Below are positions 31,879 through 42,279 of a DNA stretch of 64,000 nucleotides, piece by piece. Source of the stretch: an uncultured Gemmatimonadales bacterium. Lineage in GTDB: Bacteria > Gemmatimonadota > Gemmatimonadetes > Gemmatimonadales > Gemmatimonadaceae. The translations under genes were made by a program, and so were the position numbers. The notes under the pieces are model-generated. The model was not told the DNA's origin and made no database searches. It saw nothing but the letters and a program-made list of their open reading frames with translations. The stretch is taken from positions 96,001 to 160,000 of the forward strand of contig CAWBZV010000014.1 in the NCBI GenBank assembly GCA_963793305.1, given 5' to 3'. Each line of letters opens with the position of its first letter. The first letter of the stretch is position 1.

Positions 31879-33218
31879 CCGTTCGTCCCATTGCCGTCAT
31901 TGCCACCATCCTCGGCGCCGCGTTCGCGGCGGCCGCGTGCAGCGAGCATCTGAACGGTGGTGCTGCGTGTGTTGTTCCGGGGTTCTGTCCCGGGCAGAAG
32001 CTCCCGCAGTTCGATACGACGATCCGGATAGACCATCTCTCTCCGGTGTACGACACGACGATCGCCAGCTTCCCGCTGCTCGGCGATGAAGGGGCGATCT
32101 TGCTGGCGCGCATTCCGCAACGCGCGGACATCCGCGGCGTCATGCGGTTCGATTCGCTCGCCAATTATTACACGGCCACGGTCGACGACACGGCGGCCAA
32201 GTTCTATCCGACGGTCGCGCACGACGCGCTGGTGTGGTTCACGATCAACCGGTCGGGGTTCGCGGCGACGCGTGGGTCGGACCAGGTCCAGTTCCTCGTG
32301 TTCGATATCGACACCACCGCGGACACGACCATCAGCGTGCTGTCGGGCATGTTCAACAGCGCGCATTTTCTCGGTGCGAGCGGCGTGCGGCTGGCGTCGG
32401 CGCTGAGCGACACGCTGAACGCGAGCTCGCTCGACACGTTCGTTATTCACCTGGACACGGCGAAGATCCTGGCGAAGACTCGGGGCGACCGCAAGCTGCG
32501 CCTCGGGATCATCCCGCAACTGCTGAACAACCCGAGCGATGGTATCCGCCTGACGATCGCCCTCAATCCGACGCCGTACGTCCGCTATTACGGAAGCCTC
32601 GACAGCCTCAAGGACACCACCTACGCCCGCGTGGTGTCGGATTTTCGGTCGGTCACGCCGGTGACCGATACCTCGTTGCTCGCGCGGCTCATTCATTACC
32701 CGCTCATTGTCCAGGGGGCGATCACCGACTCGATGGATGCACTCAACATCGGCGGTATCCCCGCGCGCCGGGTTTTTCTGCGGTTCGCGCTGCCCCCGCG
32801 CATCATCGATACGGCGAACGTGATCCGCGCGACGCTGATGCTGCATCCAAAGCCACAGCCGCTCCAATTGGCGGGCGATACGCTCGTGCTGTATCCGTGG
32901 CCGGTGGTGTCGTCGAACAAGGTGATGACCGCGGCCGAGGCGACCAATTTCATCGTCAGCAACACGCTCTACTCGTTGGATTCCGTGCAAGTCGTGCCAT
33001 TGGCCGGCGCGGTGGTGGCGTTCGACTTCGTGAATGCGGTGCGGAACTGGCAGAACGTCTCGGATACGGTCAATACGCGCTCGCTCGTGCTCCGGATCCT
33101 CCCTGAGGGCGGCACGCCGCTCGAAGCCAGCTTTTGGTCATCGTTCGCTCCTGACACGTCGCTTCGGCCCCATGTCCGAATCCAGTACGTCAAACGGTCG
33201 GGCTTCGGGGCTCCGTGA
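31875..33218 (+). CDS. Hypothetical beta-rich lipoprotein
   Basis: Lipobox AAA-C at residue 22; beta-strand-like periodicity. Confidence 0.7.
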   Translation: MTVRPIAVIATILGAAFAAAACSEHLNGGAACVVPGFCPGQKLPQFDTTIRIDHLSPVYDTTIASFPLLGDEGAILLARIPQRADIRGVMRFDSLANYYTATVDDTAAKFYPTVAHDALVWFTINRSGFAATRGSDQVQFLVFDIDTTADTTISVLSGMFNSAHFLGASGVRLASALSDTLNASSLDTFVIHLDTAKILAKTRGDRKLRLGIIPQLLNNPSDGIRLTIALNPTPYVRYYGSLDSLKDTTYARVVSDFRSVTPVTDTSLLARLIHYPLIVQGAITDSMDALNIGGIPARRVFLRFALPPRIIDTANVIRATLMLHPKPQPLQLAGDTLVLYPWPVVSSNKVMTAAEATNFIVSNTLYSLDSVQVVPLAGAVVAFDFVNAVRNWQNVSDTVNTRSLVLRILPEGGTPLEASFWSSFAPDTSLRPHVRIQYVKRSGFGAP

Positions 33219-34364
33219 TGCGCATTGCTTCCGTCGGCGTGTTGGCCCTCGCGCTCCCTGTGTCGCTCGTCGCCCAGGGCAACATCAGCACCCAGGGCTT
33301 CGGCTACCCCCCAGGCCAACTGAGCACGCGCGCTGAGGGCGCGGCGGGCGCGTTTGGCGAGTTCGACGCGCAGTCGCCGATCAACCCCGCCGCCATCGCG
33401 TCCGATCGCACGACACAGATTCACTTCCAGTACGATCCGGAGTTCCGCACGGTCGACGTTGGGAATACGCACGAGAGCTCGACCACCTCGCGCTTCCCAC
33501 TGGCCATGATCAGTGGCCCGATCTGGGGTGGCGGCGCGATCGCCTTGTCCTGGTCGACCCTGATGGACCGCACGTTCCAGGTGTCCCAGACCAGCTTCAT
33601 CAACAACTACACCGCGAATCAACGCGACACGCTGATCGCGACGATCGGATCGAGCGGTGGCATCAATGACATTCCGTCTGACCACCGCGTGGGCATTCGG
33701 CTCCTGGTTGGCGATCGGTGGTGGGTTCGACCTGTTTACGGGAGAGAATCGCCTCACCCAAACGGTGACCGTCAACGATACGATCCCGAATCAGTATGCG
33801 AATTCCCAATTCAAGAACTCGCTCTCGTACGACGGCGTGGGCGCATTGGGCGGCATCACCCTGCGTCCCGTGAAATGGCTCGGTCTCGCGGGCTCGTTCC
33901 GATATGGCGGCGGCATCACGGTGCGCGAAGGCGACTCCGCCACCGTGGCTCACGGCCTCATTCCCGCCCGCGCCGGTGGCGGTCTGCTCCTCACTCCCCT
34001 TCAGGGCCTCCTCATCTCGGCGCGCTATGACTGGGAAGAGTGGTCGCGGCTGAACCTGCTGGAGAAGGGCAACCTCCTGGCGCAGAACGGTGGCGGGTGG
34101 AGCGTCGGCGCCGACATTGAAGGACCGAAGCTGGGCACGAATCGCTACGTCACGCTGCGCGTGGGCGGCGGCAATCGCCCGCTGCCGTACGTGCTCGACG
34201 GCGTGTCGATTCGGGAAACGGAGATCAGTGGAGGACTCGGTATTCCACTCCTCCTGCAGCGATCCGTGCTCAACGTCTCGCTCATTCACGCCGACCGCAC
34301 ATCAGTGCTCGGCGTCAGCGAGAAAGCGTTCATCTTGAGCGTCGGGCTGACTATCCGACCGTGA
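33215..34364 (+). CDS. Outer-membrane beta-barrel protein (FadL/PorV-like); +1 insertion at about 33672
   Basis: Signal peptide, NPAA motif, alternating hydrophobic strands, C-terminal LSVGLTIRP; two ORFs join by removing one T. Confidence 0.7.
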
Positions 34365-35534
34365 CCGAGCCCCAAGCGCCGCTGATCCTCGTCGCGGACG
34401 ACGTTCCCGCGAACGTGGAGTTGCTCTTCGATCAGCTTCACGCGCTCGGTTACCGTACGGTCTCGGCCCTCGACGGTCCCTCCGCCCTGACGGCGGCCTT
34501 CGTCCACCATCCCGAGCTGTGCATCCTCGACGTGTCGATGCCGGCCGGCGATCTCGGCTGCGACGATCGCTCGACGGGGTTCGAGGTCTGCCGCCGCATT
34601 AAGCGCGATCCGCGCACCGCGCGCATCCCGGTCATCTTCGTCACGGCGCTGAACGACACCTCTGACCGCGTGAAGGCGATTGAAGCCGGCGGCGATGATT
34701 TCTTGACCAAGCCGCACAACCGGCTCGTGCTCGGCGCGCGCGTGCGGAGCCTGATCCGGCTCAAAGCGGCGACGGACGCGCTGGAAGACAGCTACCGGAA
34801 GCTCCGTGAGCTCGAGAAAGTGCGCGACGATCTCATGAAGATGATCGTGCACGATCTCAAGACGCCGCTCACGTCGATCCTCGCCAGTCTCGAGCTGCTG
34901 CTCGACGGCGATCTCGGGCCGCTCTCCGGCGATCAGCGCGGGATGGTGTCCGATGCCGACGGCAAGGCCCAGGAGCTCCTTCGGCTCATCGAGGACCTGC
35001 TCGAAATCGCCCGCATCGAAGAGGCCGCGTTGCCACTCTCGCTCGAGCCGATCTCGGCCGTGGATCTGCTCGGAGAGATCCTCGGCGAGTGGGCCGTGCG
35101 ATTTCAACAGGACGGCGCGACCGCCACGTTCGATGTCGCCGACGACGTGACCCTGTTCGAGGCGGATCGGGGGCTCCTCAAGCGCGTGTTCGCGAACCTC
35201 GTACAAAACGCGCTCACGCATTCGGCTCGCGCCATCACGTTGACGTTGACCGCCCGGCGTGATCCGTCCGGCGTGTTGTTCACCGTGGCGGACAACGGTC
35301 CCGGCATCCCGCCGCAGTATCACGAGCTGATCTTCCGGAAGTTCGAGCAGGTGCGTGCGCTCAACGCGCCGCGCGTGCGCAGCTCCGGCCTCGGGCTCGC
35401 GTTCTGTCGCCTGGTGGTCGAGCAGCACGGCGGGCGCATTCTGGGTGCAGAGCGCCGAAGGGCAGGGCTCGGCGTTTCACATCCTGCTGCCCCAGGCGCC
35501 GAAGACGGCCGAGTATCCCGTGGTGACGGGGTGA
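34361..35534 (+). CDS. Hybrid REC-HisKA-HATPase kinase; +1 insertion at about 35439, corrected stop TGA 35532-35534
   Basis: VADD, LDVSMP, TKP, HDLKTP, DNGPGI, GLGL; corrected tail GGRIWVQSAEGQGSAFHILLP. Confidence 0.88.
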
Positions 35535-36697
35535 ACGTCTACCTCCAGACGTTCGGGTGTCGGGCGAATCAGGCGGATTCGGAAGCCGTCCGCTCCCTCG
35601 TGCTCTCGGCGGGACACGAGCTGGTCGACTCGCCGAGCGACGCTGACGTAGCGGTGTTCAACTCCTGCACGGTCACGGCAGCCGCCGACGCCGACGTTCG
35701 GCAAGCCGTTCGGCGCGCGCCGACCGCACGCAAGATCCTGATGGGATGCCTCCCTTCGCACACACCGCCAGACGTGACGGACGTACTCCCGGGCGCCGAT
35801 CTGGATGCGATCGCGGCGGTGCTCGGGATACCGTCAAGCGCGAAGCGCGAGACGATCAAACAAACCGGCACCCGCGCACTACTCCGCATCCAAGACGGCT
35901 GCGATGAGCACTGCACGTTCTGCGCGACGACCATGGCCCGTGGCGCGCATCGCTCGCGAGGCATCGGGGAAATCCTGGCCGAGGCCGAGCGGCTTGCCGA
36001 GTGGCATCCCGAGATCGTCCTGACGGGTATCCATATTGGCTCCCACGAGTCCCTGGGGCTGCTCGTCCAGGCGCTCGTCGACCGGCTGCCGGGTACGCGA
36101 TTTCGATTGTCGTCAATCGAAGCGACGGAGGTCGATGGCCGGTTGCGCGGCCTGCTCCGCGAGGGTGCGATAGCGCCCTGGCTGCATGCTCCGCTCCAAT
36201 CGGGCTCCGATCGCGTGCTCAAACGGATGGGCCGTCACTGGTATACCGCCGCGACGTACGAGCGCGCGATCGCCGAGATCGTCGATCGGATGCCGGTGTT
36301 TGGGCTTGGCGCTGACGTCATCGCCGGATTCCCTGGAGAGACGGAAGAAGATCATCGCGCGACGATGGCGCTCGTCGAACGGCTCCCGTTCACGGCGTTG
36401 CACGTATTCCCATACTCGCCCCGCCCGGGCACGGCGGCCGAGCGGCTCGGGCCGCCGGTCCGCTCGAACGAGCGGGCGGCCGAGCTGCGGGCCTTGGCCG
36501 CACGGAAGGCCGCGGCGTATCGGGACGCCCGACGCGGGACGATCGCGGATGCGATAGCCATGGGTGGGCGTAAGGCTATGACGGAAGACTATCTTACGGT
36601 CGATTTGGCCGACCCGACTATCCCGCGCGGCACTCGGTGGCGAGGATTGTTGGTTGCCAGCGCGACTACGCCCGACCGCCTTACCATTACGCGATGA
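35531..36697 (+). CDS. mtaB: MtaB-like radical-SAM methylthiotransferase
   Basis: TFGCRANQADS, NSCTVT, QDGCDEHCTFC, HVFPYSPRPGT; GTG overlaps the corrected kinase stop. Confidence 0.82.
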   Translation: MNVYLQTFGCRANQADSEAVRSLVLSAGHELVDSPSDADVAVFNSCTVTAAADADVRQAVRRAPTARKILMGCLPSHTPPDVTDVLPGADLDAIAAVLGIPSSAKRETIKQTGTRALLRIQDGCDEHCTFCATTMARGAHRSRGIGEILAEAERLAEWHPEIVLTGIHIGSHESLGLLVQALVDRLPGTRFRLSSIEATEVDGRLRGLLREGAIAPWLHAPLQSGSDRVLKRMGRHWYTAATYERAIAEIVDRMPVFGLGADVIAGFPGETEEDHRATMALVERLPFTALHVFPYSPRPGTAAERLGPPVRSNERAAELRALAARKAAAYRDARRGTIADAIAMGGRKAMTEDYLTVDLADPTIPRGTRWRGLLVASATTPDRLTITR

Positions 36698-38043
36698 CCG
36701 ATCAGCCGACCGTCTACGTCGAGACGTATGGTTGCCAGATGAACGTCAGCGACTCCGAGCTCATGCTCGGAAAGCTCGTGGCGTCCGGCTATCGTCCCGT
36801 CGACGGCCCGGACGGCGCCGATGTCATTCTCGTCAACACGTGCGCGATTCGGGATCACGCCGAGCAACGGGTGATCGGGCGCCTCGGCGAGCTCAAACGG
36901 CATATGGCGCCAGGCGCGATCCTCGGTGTGACGGGCTGCATGGCGCAGCGCCTCGGCCCCGTGCTGTTGGAGCGTGCATCGCACGTGAGTCTCGTGATCG
37001 GACCCGACGGCTATCGCGCGTTGCCTGCTCTGCTTGATGGTGCCCGCCGCGGCATTCGGGCCACTGCGACAGAGTTTGATCTCGAGGAGCATTACGAGGA
37101 TTTCTCGCCGCGGCGTATCGACGGCGTGAAAGCGTGGATCCCGGTCCAGCGGGGATGCGACTACCGGTGCACGTACTGCATCGTGCCGACGACACGCGGC
37201 CCGGAGCGCAGCCGTCGCCTCGCCGACGTTGTCCGTGAGGTCGAATCCGTCGTGGCCGAAGGCATGACCGAGGTCGTGCTGCTCGGCCAGACCGTCAACT
37301 CCTACCACGACGGGGAGCACGATTTCGCTGATCTGCTCCGCGCCGTGGGCGCGGTATCAGGGGTCCGTCGCATCCGCTTTACGAGCCCACACCCGAACGA
37401 TTTCTCCGACCGGGTGATCTCCGCGCTCGCCGAAGTCCCGGCCGTGTGCGAACACGTCCACTTGCCGATGCAATCCGGCTCGACGCGCATACTCAAGCGC
37501 ATGCTGCGCCGGTATTCTCGCGAGGGCTACTTGGAGTGCGTGGCGCGGCTCCGCGAGGCGATCCCGGGGCTCGCGCTGACGACGGATGTGATCGTCGGAT
37601 TTCCGGGTGAGACGGACGACGATTTCTCCGAGACGCTGGAGGTCGTGCGGGAGGTGGGATTCGAGGACGCGTACACGTTCAAGTTCTCTCCCCGGGATGG
37701 GACGGCCGCCACGCGCTTTCCGGTTGGGGAGACGGTACCGGATGACGTGGCGAGCGAGCGGCTGGCCCGGCTCATCGAGACCGTTCGGGGTGCCAGCCGG
37801 CGGCGCAACCTGGGTCTTCTGGGGACGGAGCACGAGGTGTTGGCCGAGCGGGTCGCCAAGCGGGGCGAAGGGGAGATTCAGGCGCGGACCCGCGATTTCA
37901 AGACCGTGGTCCTCGGCTCGGGCGCCGCGGTGCTGGGTGGCTACTATCGGGTGAAGATCACCGGGACGACGGGGTCGACGTTTACCGGCGAAATTATTGG
38001 CGCGACTCGTGCGTTGCCCGTGTCTCACCAGGCGGTTGTGTGA
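36694..38043 (+). CDS. miaB: tRNA methylthiotransferase MiaB
   Basis: TYGCQMNVSDS, NTCAIR, GCDYRCTYC, FTSPHP. Confidence 0.93.
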   Translation: MTDQPTVYVETYGCQMNVSDSELMLGKLVASGYRPVDGPDGADVILVNTCAIRDHAEQRVIGRLGELKRHMAPGAILGVTGCMAQRLGPVLLERASHVSLVIGPDGYRALPALLDGARRGIRATATEFDLEEHYEDFSPRRIDGVKAWIPVQRGCDYRCTYCIVPTTRGPERSRRLADVVREVESVVAEGMTEVVLLGQTVNSYHDGEHDFADLLRAVGAVSGVRRIRFTSPHPNDFSDRVISALAEVPAVCEHVHLPMQSGSTRILKRMLRRYSREGYLECVARLREAIPGLALTTDVIVGFPGETDDDFSETLEVVREVGFEDAYTFKFSPRDGTAATRFPVGETVPDDVASERLARLIETVRGASRRRNLGLLGTEHEVLAERVAKRGEGEIQARTRDFKTVVLGSGAAVLGGYYRVKITGTTGSTFTGEIIGATRALPVSHQAVV

Positions 38044-38306
38044 TCAACGCACTCGAAGAAGCCATTCGGGCGTCCTACGAGACCCTGCGGCCCTTGCACC
38101 CCGAGCTGTGCTCGTGCGACCGGTGTCGCGACGACGTCCTCACGTTTGCCTTGAACCAAGCGCGTCCCCGCTACATCGTGGGTGACGCGCTCGGCTCGGC
38201 GGTGACCCGCGTGACCCTGAGTAAGGATCAAGCGCAAGCGGAGCTGGCCGTGATCGTGCTCGACGCCATGCAGCGGGTGGCCAGTCAGCCGCATCATCAC
38301 GCATAA
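38040..38306 (+). CDS. ComFB family protein
   Basis: N..EE, CSCDRCRDDV..ALN..PRY, C-terminal P-H-H pattern of the ComFB family. Confidence 0.8.
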   Translation: MINALEEAIRASYETLRPLHPELCSCDRCRDDVLTFALNQARPRYIVGDALGSAVTRVTLSKDQAQAELAVIVLDAMQRVASQPHHHA

Positions 38307-38318
38307 CGGGGAGGAGTC

Positions 38319-39347
38319 GTGGTCCAACACACCGACACATTGGTGGTGACGATCGAGCGATTCATCATCGAGCAGGAACGACTGTATCCCCAGGCGACCG
38401 GTGAGCTGTCTGGCATTCTGTACGATCTGGCGCTGGCTGCCAAGTTGATCGCCAACAAGGTCCGTAGTGCGGGGCTGGCCGACGTCCTGGGCGCCACGTC
38501 GTCGATCAACGTCCAGGGCGAAACGCAGCAAAAATTGGACGTCCTGGCGAACGACATTCTGATCAAGGCGCTGGACCACGGCGGCCGTCTCGCCGCCATG
38601 GCCTCGGAGGAAGAGCCGGACATCATCCCGATCCCGGACGGCTTCCCGACGGGGAAATACGTGATCGTGTTCGACCCGCTCGACGGCTCGTCGAACATCG
38701 ATGTGAACGTTCCCGTCGGCACGATCTTCTCGGTGATGCGTAAGATCTCGCGCGGCACGCGAGGTGATCTGTCCGACATGCTGCAGCCAGGCCGGCGGCA
38801 GGTCGCCGCGGGCTACGTCATCTACGGCTCCAGCACGATGCTCGTCTATACGACCGGTCAGGGCGCCCATGGTTTCACCTTGGACCCGTCCATCGGCGAA
38901 TTCCTCCTCTCGCATCCCGATATCAAGACCCCCGCGCGCGGGCGATACCTGTCGGTGAATGATTCCTACGAGCAACACTGGGACGAATCCACGCGTGCAT
39001 TGATCCGTCGGTACCGTGGTCTCGACGGCAAAAGAAAGCCGCTGTCCGGCCGATACGTCGGGTCGCTCGTTGCCGATTTCCATCGCAATCTCTTGGGCGG
39101 TGGCCTTTTCGCGTATCCGGCGAATGCCCAGTACCGAAAGGGCAAGCTGCGGTTGCTCTATGAGGCCAACCCATTGGCGTTCATCTGCGAGCAAGCGGGC
39201 GGCGGGGCCATCGACGGCGTGAATGACATCCTCGACTTGACGCCGACCGAGTTGCATCAGCGAACGCCGCTGTATATCGGCAGCAAAGACGAGGTCGCCC
39301 TCGCGCGCGAGATGCTCGCCGCGAGCCTGAGCGCGGTCGGTGCGTGA
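38319..39347 (+). CDS. fbp: Class I fructose-1,6-bisphosphatase
   Basis: [34 protein letters not shown]. Confidence 0.95.
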   Translation: MVQHTDTLVVTIERFIIEQERLYPQATGELSGILYDLALAAKLIANKVRSAGLADVLGATSSINVQGETQQKLDVLANDILIKALDHGGRLAAMASEEEPDIIPIPDGFPTGKYVIVFDPLDGSSNIDVNVPVGTIFSVMRKISRGTRGDLSDMLQPGRRQVAAGYVIYGSSTMLVYTTGQGAHGFTLDPSIGEFLLSHPDIKTPARGRYLSVNDSYEQHWDESTRALIRRYRGLDGKRKPLSGRYVGSLVADFHRNLLGGGLFAYPANAQYRKGKLRLLYEANPLAFICEQAGGGAIDGVNDILDLTPTELHQRTPLYIGSKDEVALAREMLAASLSAVGA

Positions 39348-40905
39348 GCTGACACCGTCGGGTCTGACAGTCGCCCCGCTCTATCGACCGGCCGACGCGC
39401 CGGTCGATTACGCACGTGACCTCGGCGACCCGGGAACGTTCCCGTTCACCCGTGGGATTCAACCCACGATGTACCGTGGGCGGCTGTGGACCATGCGCCA
39501 GTACGCCGGCTTCGGGACGGCGGCCGAGACGAATGCGCGCTTTCGCTTACTGCTCGCGGCTGGCCAAACCGGATTGTCGGTCGCGTTCGATCTGCCGACG
39601 CAGATGGGATTCGATTCCGACTCGCCGCGAGCGTTGGGCGAAGTCGGCCGCGTGGGCGTGGCGATCGACACCGTGGAAGACATGCACGCGTTGTTGGCCG
39701 ACCTGCCCCTCGACCGCGTGTCGACGTTGATGACGATCAATGCGACGGCGTCGACGTTGCTAGCGATGTACATCGTCGCGGCCGAAGAGCGGGGTATCGG
39801 CCGCGACAAAATATCGGGCACGGTCCAAAACGACGTTCTCAAGGAGTACATAGCCCGCGGTACGTATATCTACCCACCAGGGCCGAGCCTCGCCCTCGTC
39901 GCTGACGTGATCCGCTTTTGCACTGCCGAGGTTCCGGGCTGGAACCCCATCTCGATCTCGGGCTATCACATCCGCGAGGCCGGTGCCACGGCGATCCAGG
40001 AGCTGGCGTTCACATTCTCGAATGCGATCGCGTATATCGATCGTGCACTGGCGGCCGGGGTGGCAATCGACGATTTCGCGCCTCGGTTGTCTTTTTTCTT
40101 CGCCGCCCACAACGATCTCTTCGAAGAAATCGCGAAATTCCGCGCCGCGCGCCGGATCTACTCGCGCCTGATGCGCGATCGTTTTCACGCGAGCGAAGCG
40201 AGCGCCAGGCTCCGTTTTCACACGCAGACGGGCGGCGTTACGCTGACCGCCCAGCAGCCGCTGAACAACGTCGTCCGCGTCACGGTCCAAACGCTCGCCG
40301 CGACGCTCGGCGGCACGCAGTCGTTGCACACGAACGGCTACGACGAGGCGCTCGCGCTCCCGACGGCCGAAGCGGCCACGCTCGCGCTTCGAACGCAGCA
40401 AATCGTCGCCTACGAGTCGGGAGTCGCGAGCACCGCCGACCCATTGGCCGGCAGCTACTACGTCGAGCACCTGACCACGGAGCTCGAGCAACACGCCCTC
40501 GCCCTGATGTCTCGCGTCGACGACCTCGGCGGAGCAGTATCCGCGATCAGCGCCGGATTCTTCCAGGACGAGATCGCCAAGAGCGCCTACGAGTACCAAC
40601 TGCGCGTCGAGAGCCGCGATGCCCCGATTGTCGGCGTCAACATCTTCACCGACGACTCCGCACCGCCCACAATCCCGGCTCCCGATTTCAGCGCCCTCGA
40701 ACGCGATCAGGTCGCGCGCTTAGCCACCGTACGCAAAAGCCGCGATGCCACCAAGGTCGATGCCGCTCTCGCCGCCCTGCGCACCGGCGCTCACGACCAG
40801 CAGCCCCTCATGCCGCTCATCATCGACGCCGTCCGCGCGCGCGCCTCGGTCGGCGAGATATCCGACACGCTACAGCGCGAGTGGGGACGGTTCCGGGACT
40901 CGTGA
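39340..40905 (+). CDS. Methylmalonyl-CoA mutase-family large (substrate-binding) subunit without B12-binding domain
   Basis: [48 protein letters not shown]. Confidence 0.9.
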   Translation: MRELTPSGLTVAPLYRPADAPVDYARDLGDPGTFPFTRGIQPTMYRGRLWTMRQYAGFGTAAETNARFRLLLAAGQTGLSVAFDLPTQMGFDSDSPRALGEVGRVGVAIDTVEDMHALLADLPLDRVSTLMTINATASTLLAMYIVAAEERGIGRDKISGTVQNDVLKEYIARGTYIYPPGPSLALVADVIRFCTAEVPGWNPISISGYHIREAGATAIQELAFTFSNAIAYIDRALAAGVAIDDFAPRLSFFFAAHNDLFEEIAKFRAARRIYSRLMRDRFHASEASARLRFHTQTGGVTLTAQQPLNNVVRVTVQTLAATLGGTQSLHTNGYDEALALPTAEAATLALRTQQIVAYESGVASTADPLAGSYYVEHLTTELEQHALALMSRVDDLGGAVSAISAGFFQDEIAKSAYEYQLRVESRDAPIVGVNIFTDDSAPPTIPAPDFSALERDQVARLATVRKSRDATKVDAALAALRTGAHDQQPLMPLIIDAVRARASVGEISDTLQREWGRFRDS

Positions 40906-41381
40906 TGTTGTTCCTGATCGCCCTGCTGGCGCCCCAAGACTCCACGCGAGTCTATGATGTCGTGCCCGACCAGAGTGATGACATTCCGGCTGCCATCGAG
41001 CGATCTGTCGAGCACATGAATTTCATCATTCGCCCAATCGCCCGTCATCGCTTGCGGAAAACCAACCCTCTCCCACAGCACCTGCGCCTCGACTACGCAC
41101 CAGACACGATCACGGTCCACCTCGGCGACGCCCCACCAGCCGCCCTCCCTCGTGACGGCTCAGCCGTACCCTGGCGTGACATAGACAACGACAAGTGCCG
41201 CATAAGCCTGACGCTCGCGGGCGACACCCTGATCGAGCACGTCGTTGCGCACGGCGGCCAAGGTGAGACGCGCTACGTCATGCTCGACGGCGGCAAACGC
41301 ATCCGCGAGGACGTCCGCATCACGAGCTCGCACCTGCCGCAGCCGGTGGTTTACAGCGTGGTGTTCGCCAAGGCCGAGTAG
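40905..41381 (+). CDS. Hypothetical small secreted beta-rich protein
   Basis: ATG overlaps the upstream TGA; short hydrophobic N-terminus. Confidence 0.6.
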   Translation: MLFLIALLAPQDSTRVYDVVPDQSDDIPAAIERSVEHMNFIIRPIARHRLRKTNPLPQHLRLDYAPDTITVHLGDAPPAALPRDGSAVPWRDIDNDKCRISLTLAGDTLIEHVVAHGGQGETRYVMLDGGKRIREDVRITSSHLPQPVVYSVVFAKAE

Positions 41382-41386
41382 CTTTC

Positions 41387-41407
41387 AACGGGGCCAAGCT
41401 CCCCGTT
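41387..41407. terminator. Hairpin, possible intrinsic terminator
   Basis: AACGGGG-CCAAGCT-CCCCGTT just after the stop at 41381; weak U tract. Confidence 0.4.
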
Positions 41408-41509
41408 TCCCGCACTGCGACCGCCAGGTAGACTCGGGACGCCCAGCTGCTGCTTGTAGCGCTTGCGGCTCGATTCACCATATGCCAAATTCATGGAGCA
41501 GCTCATACG

Positions 41510-41827
41510 ATGCCTCGATGGGCCGCATCGGTATCGGCCGCCATTCGAGATCGTGTGGCTCGCGGCCAAGTCCGATTCACGTTCAAAGCAATTACCGAGC
41601 TCGCGATGCTCGGGGAAGGGCTGGACAAATCCGATATCTGTGAAGTTCTCGCCGACCTTCGGCCGAGTGACGCGTGCTCGAGACTGCGATCATCATCGAC
41701 GCATGAGTGGATGTATGTGTTCAAACCGCACGTCGGCGCGACGATCTTGTATCTCAAGGTCATCGTGCGCACATCGTGCATTGTGATTTCCTGCCATGAC
41801 GACCAGACGCCTGAAGCCAGTTCCTAA
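41510..41827 (+). CDS. MqsR-like (RelE superfamily) toxin
   Basis: 105 aa; FTFKA, WMYVFKP, LYLK, VISCH; directly upstream of a Zn-finger HTH antitoxin. Confidence 0.75.
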   Translation: MPRWAASVSAAIRDRVARGQVRFTFKAITELAMLGEGLDKSDICEVLADLRPSDACSRLRSSSTHEWMYVFKPHVGATILYLKVIVRTSCIVISCHDDQTPEASS

Positions 41828-42230
41828 CGAAGCCTGCCCGGAATGCGGCGCGACGATGACCACCGTTCGCGGTGCCTTGAGCTACCCGGTTAATGGGGAA
41901 CGCGTGCGCGTGGCGGGTGTGACGTATTCTCAGTGTTCTCGTGGACACGACCCCGTCCTCGGGATCGATCAAGCTCGCCTGCTGCAGGAGGGTGCGCTCG
42001 CGCGTTATCGCAAACGATACGGCTTGTTGTCCGCCGGCGACATCCGCGCCCTGCGCGGTGAGCTCGGTCTGACACAGGGAGCACTCGCCTCGTTGCTTCG
42101 GCTGGGCGGCAACACGCTGTCGCGATGGGAGTCAGGGCGCAATGTGCAGACGGCCGCTATGGACCTCTTGCTCCGGCTTCTACGCGACGTGCCGGGTAAT
42201 CTCGACTATGTGAGACGGCACGCGGCATAA
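41796..42230 (+). CDS. MqsA-like antitoxin (Zn finger plus Xre HTH)
   Basis: CPEC near the N-terminus; IRALRGELGLTQGALASLL..GNTLSRWESG. Confidence 0.85.
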   Translation: MTTRRLKPVPNEACPECGATMTTVRGALSYPVNGERVRVAGVTYSQCSRGHDPVLGIDQARLLQEGALARYRKRYGLLSAGDIRALRGELGLTQGALASLLRLGGNTLSRWESGRNVQTAAMDLLLRLLRDVPGNLDYVRRHAA

Positions 42231-42279
42231 GCACTCTCGGACCGAAAATGATGCGGGAGGCGCTTGGCGTCTCGAGGGT

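Noticed and set aside
34361..36697. 778-aa histidine kinase / radical-SAM methylthiotransferase fusion
   Set aside because: Removing one T at CATTC 35437 restores the normal HATPase ending (GGRIWVQS..GQGSAF) and a TGA overlapping the mtaB GTG; artefact of the systematic insertion.
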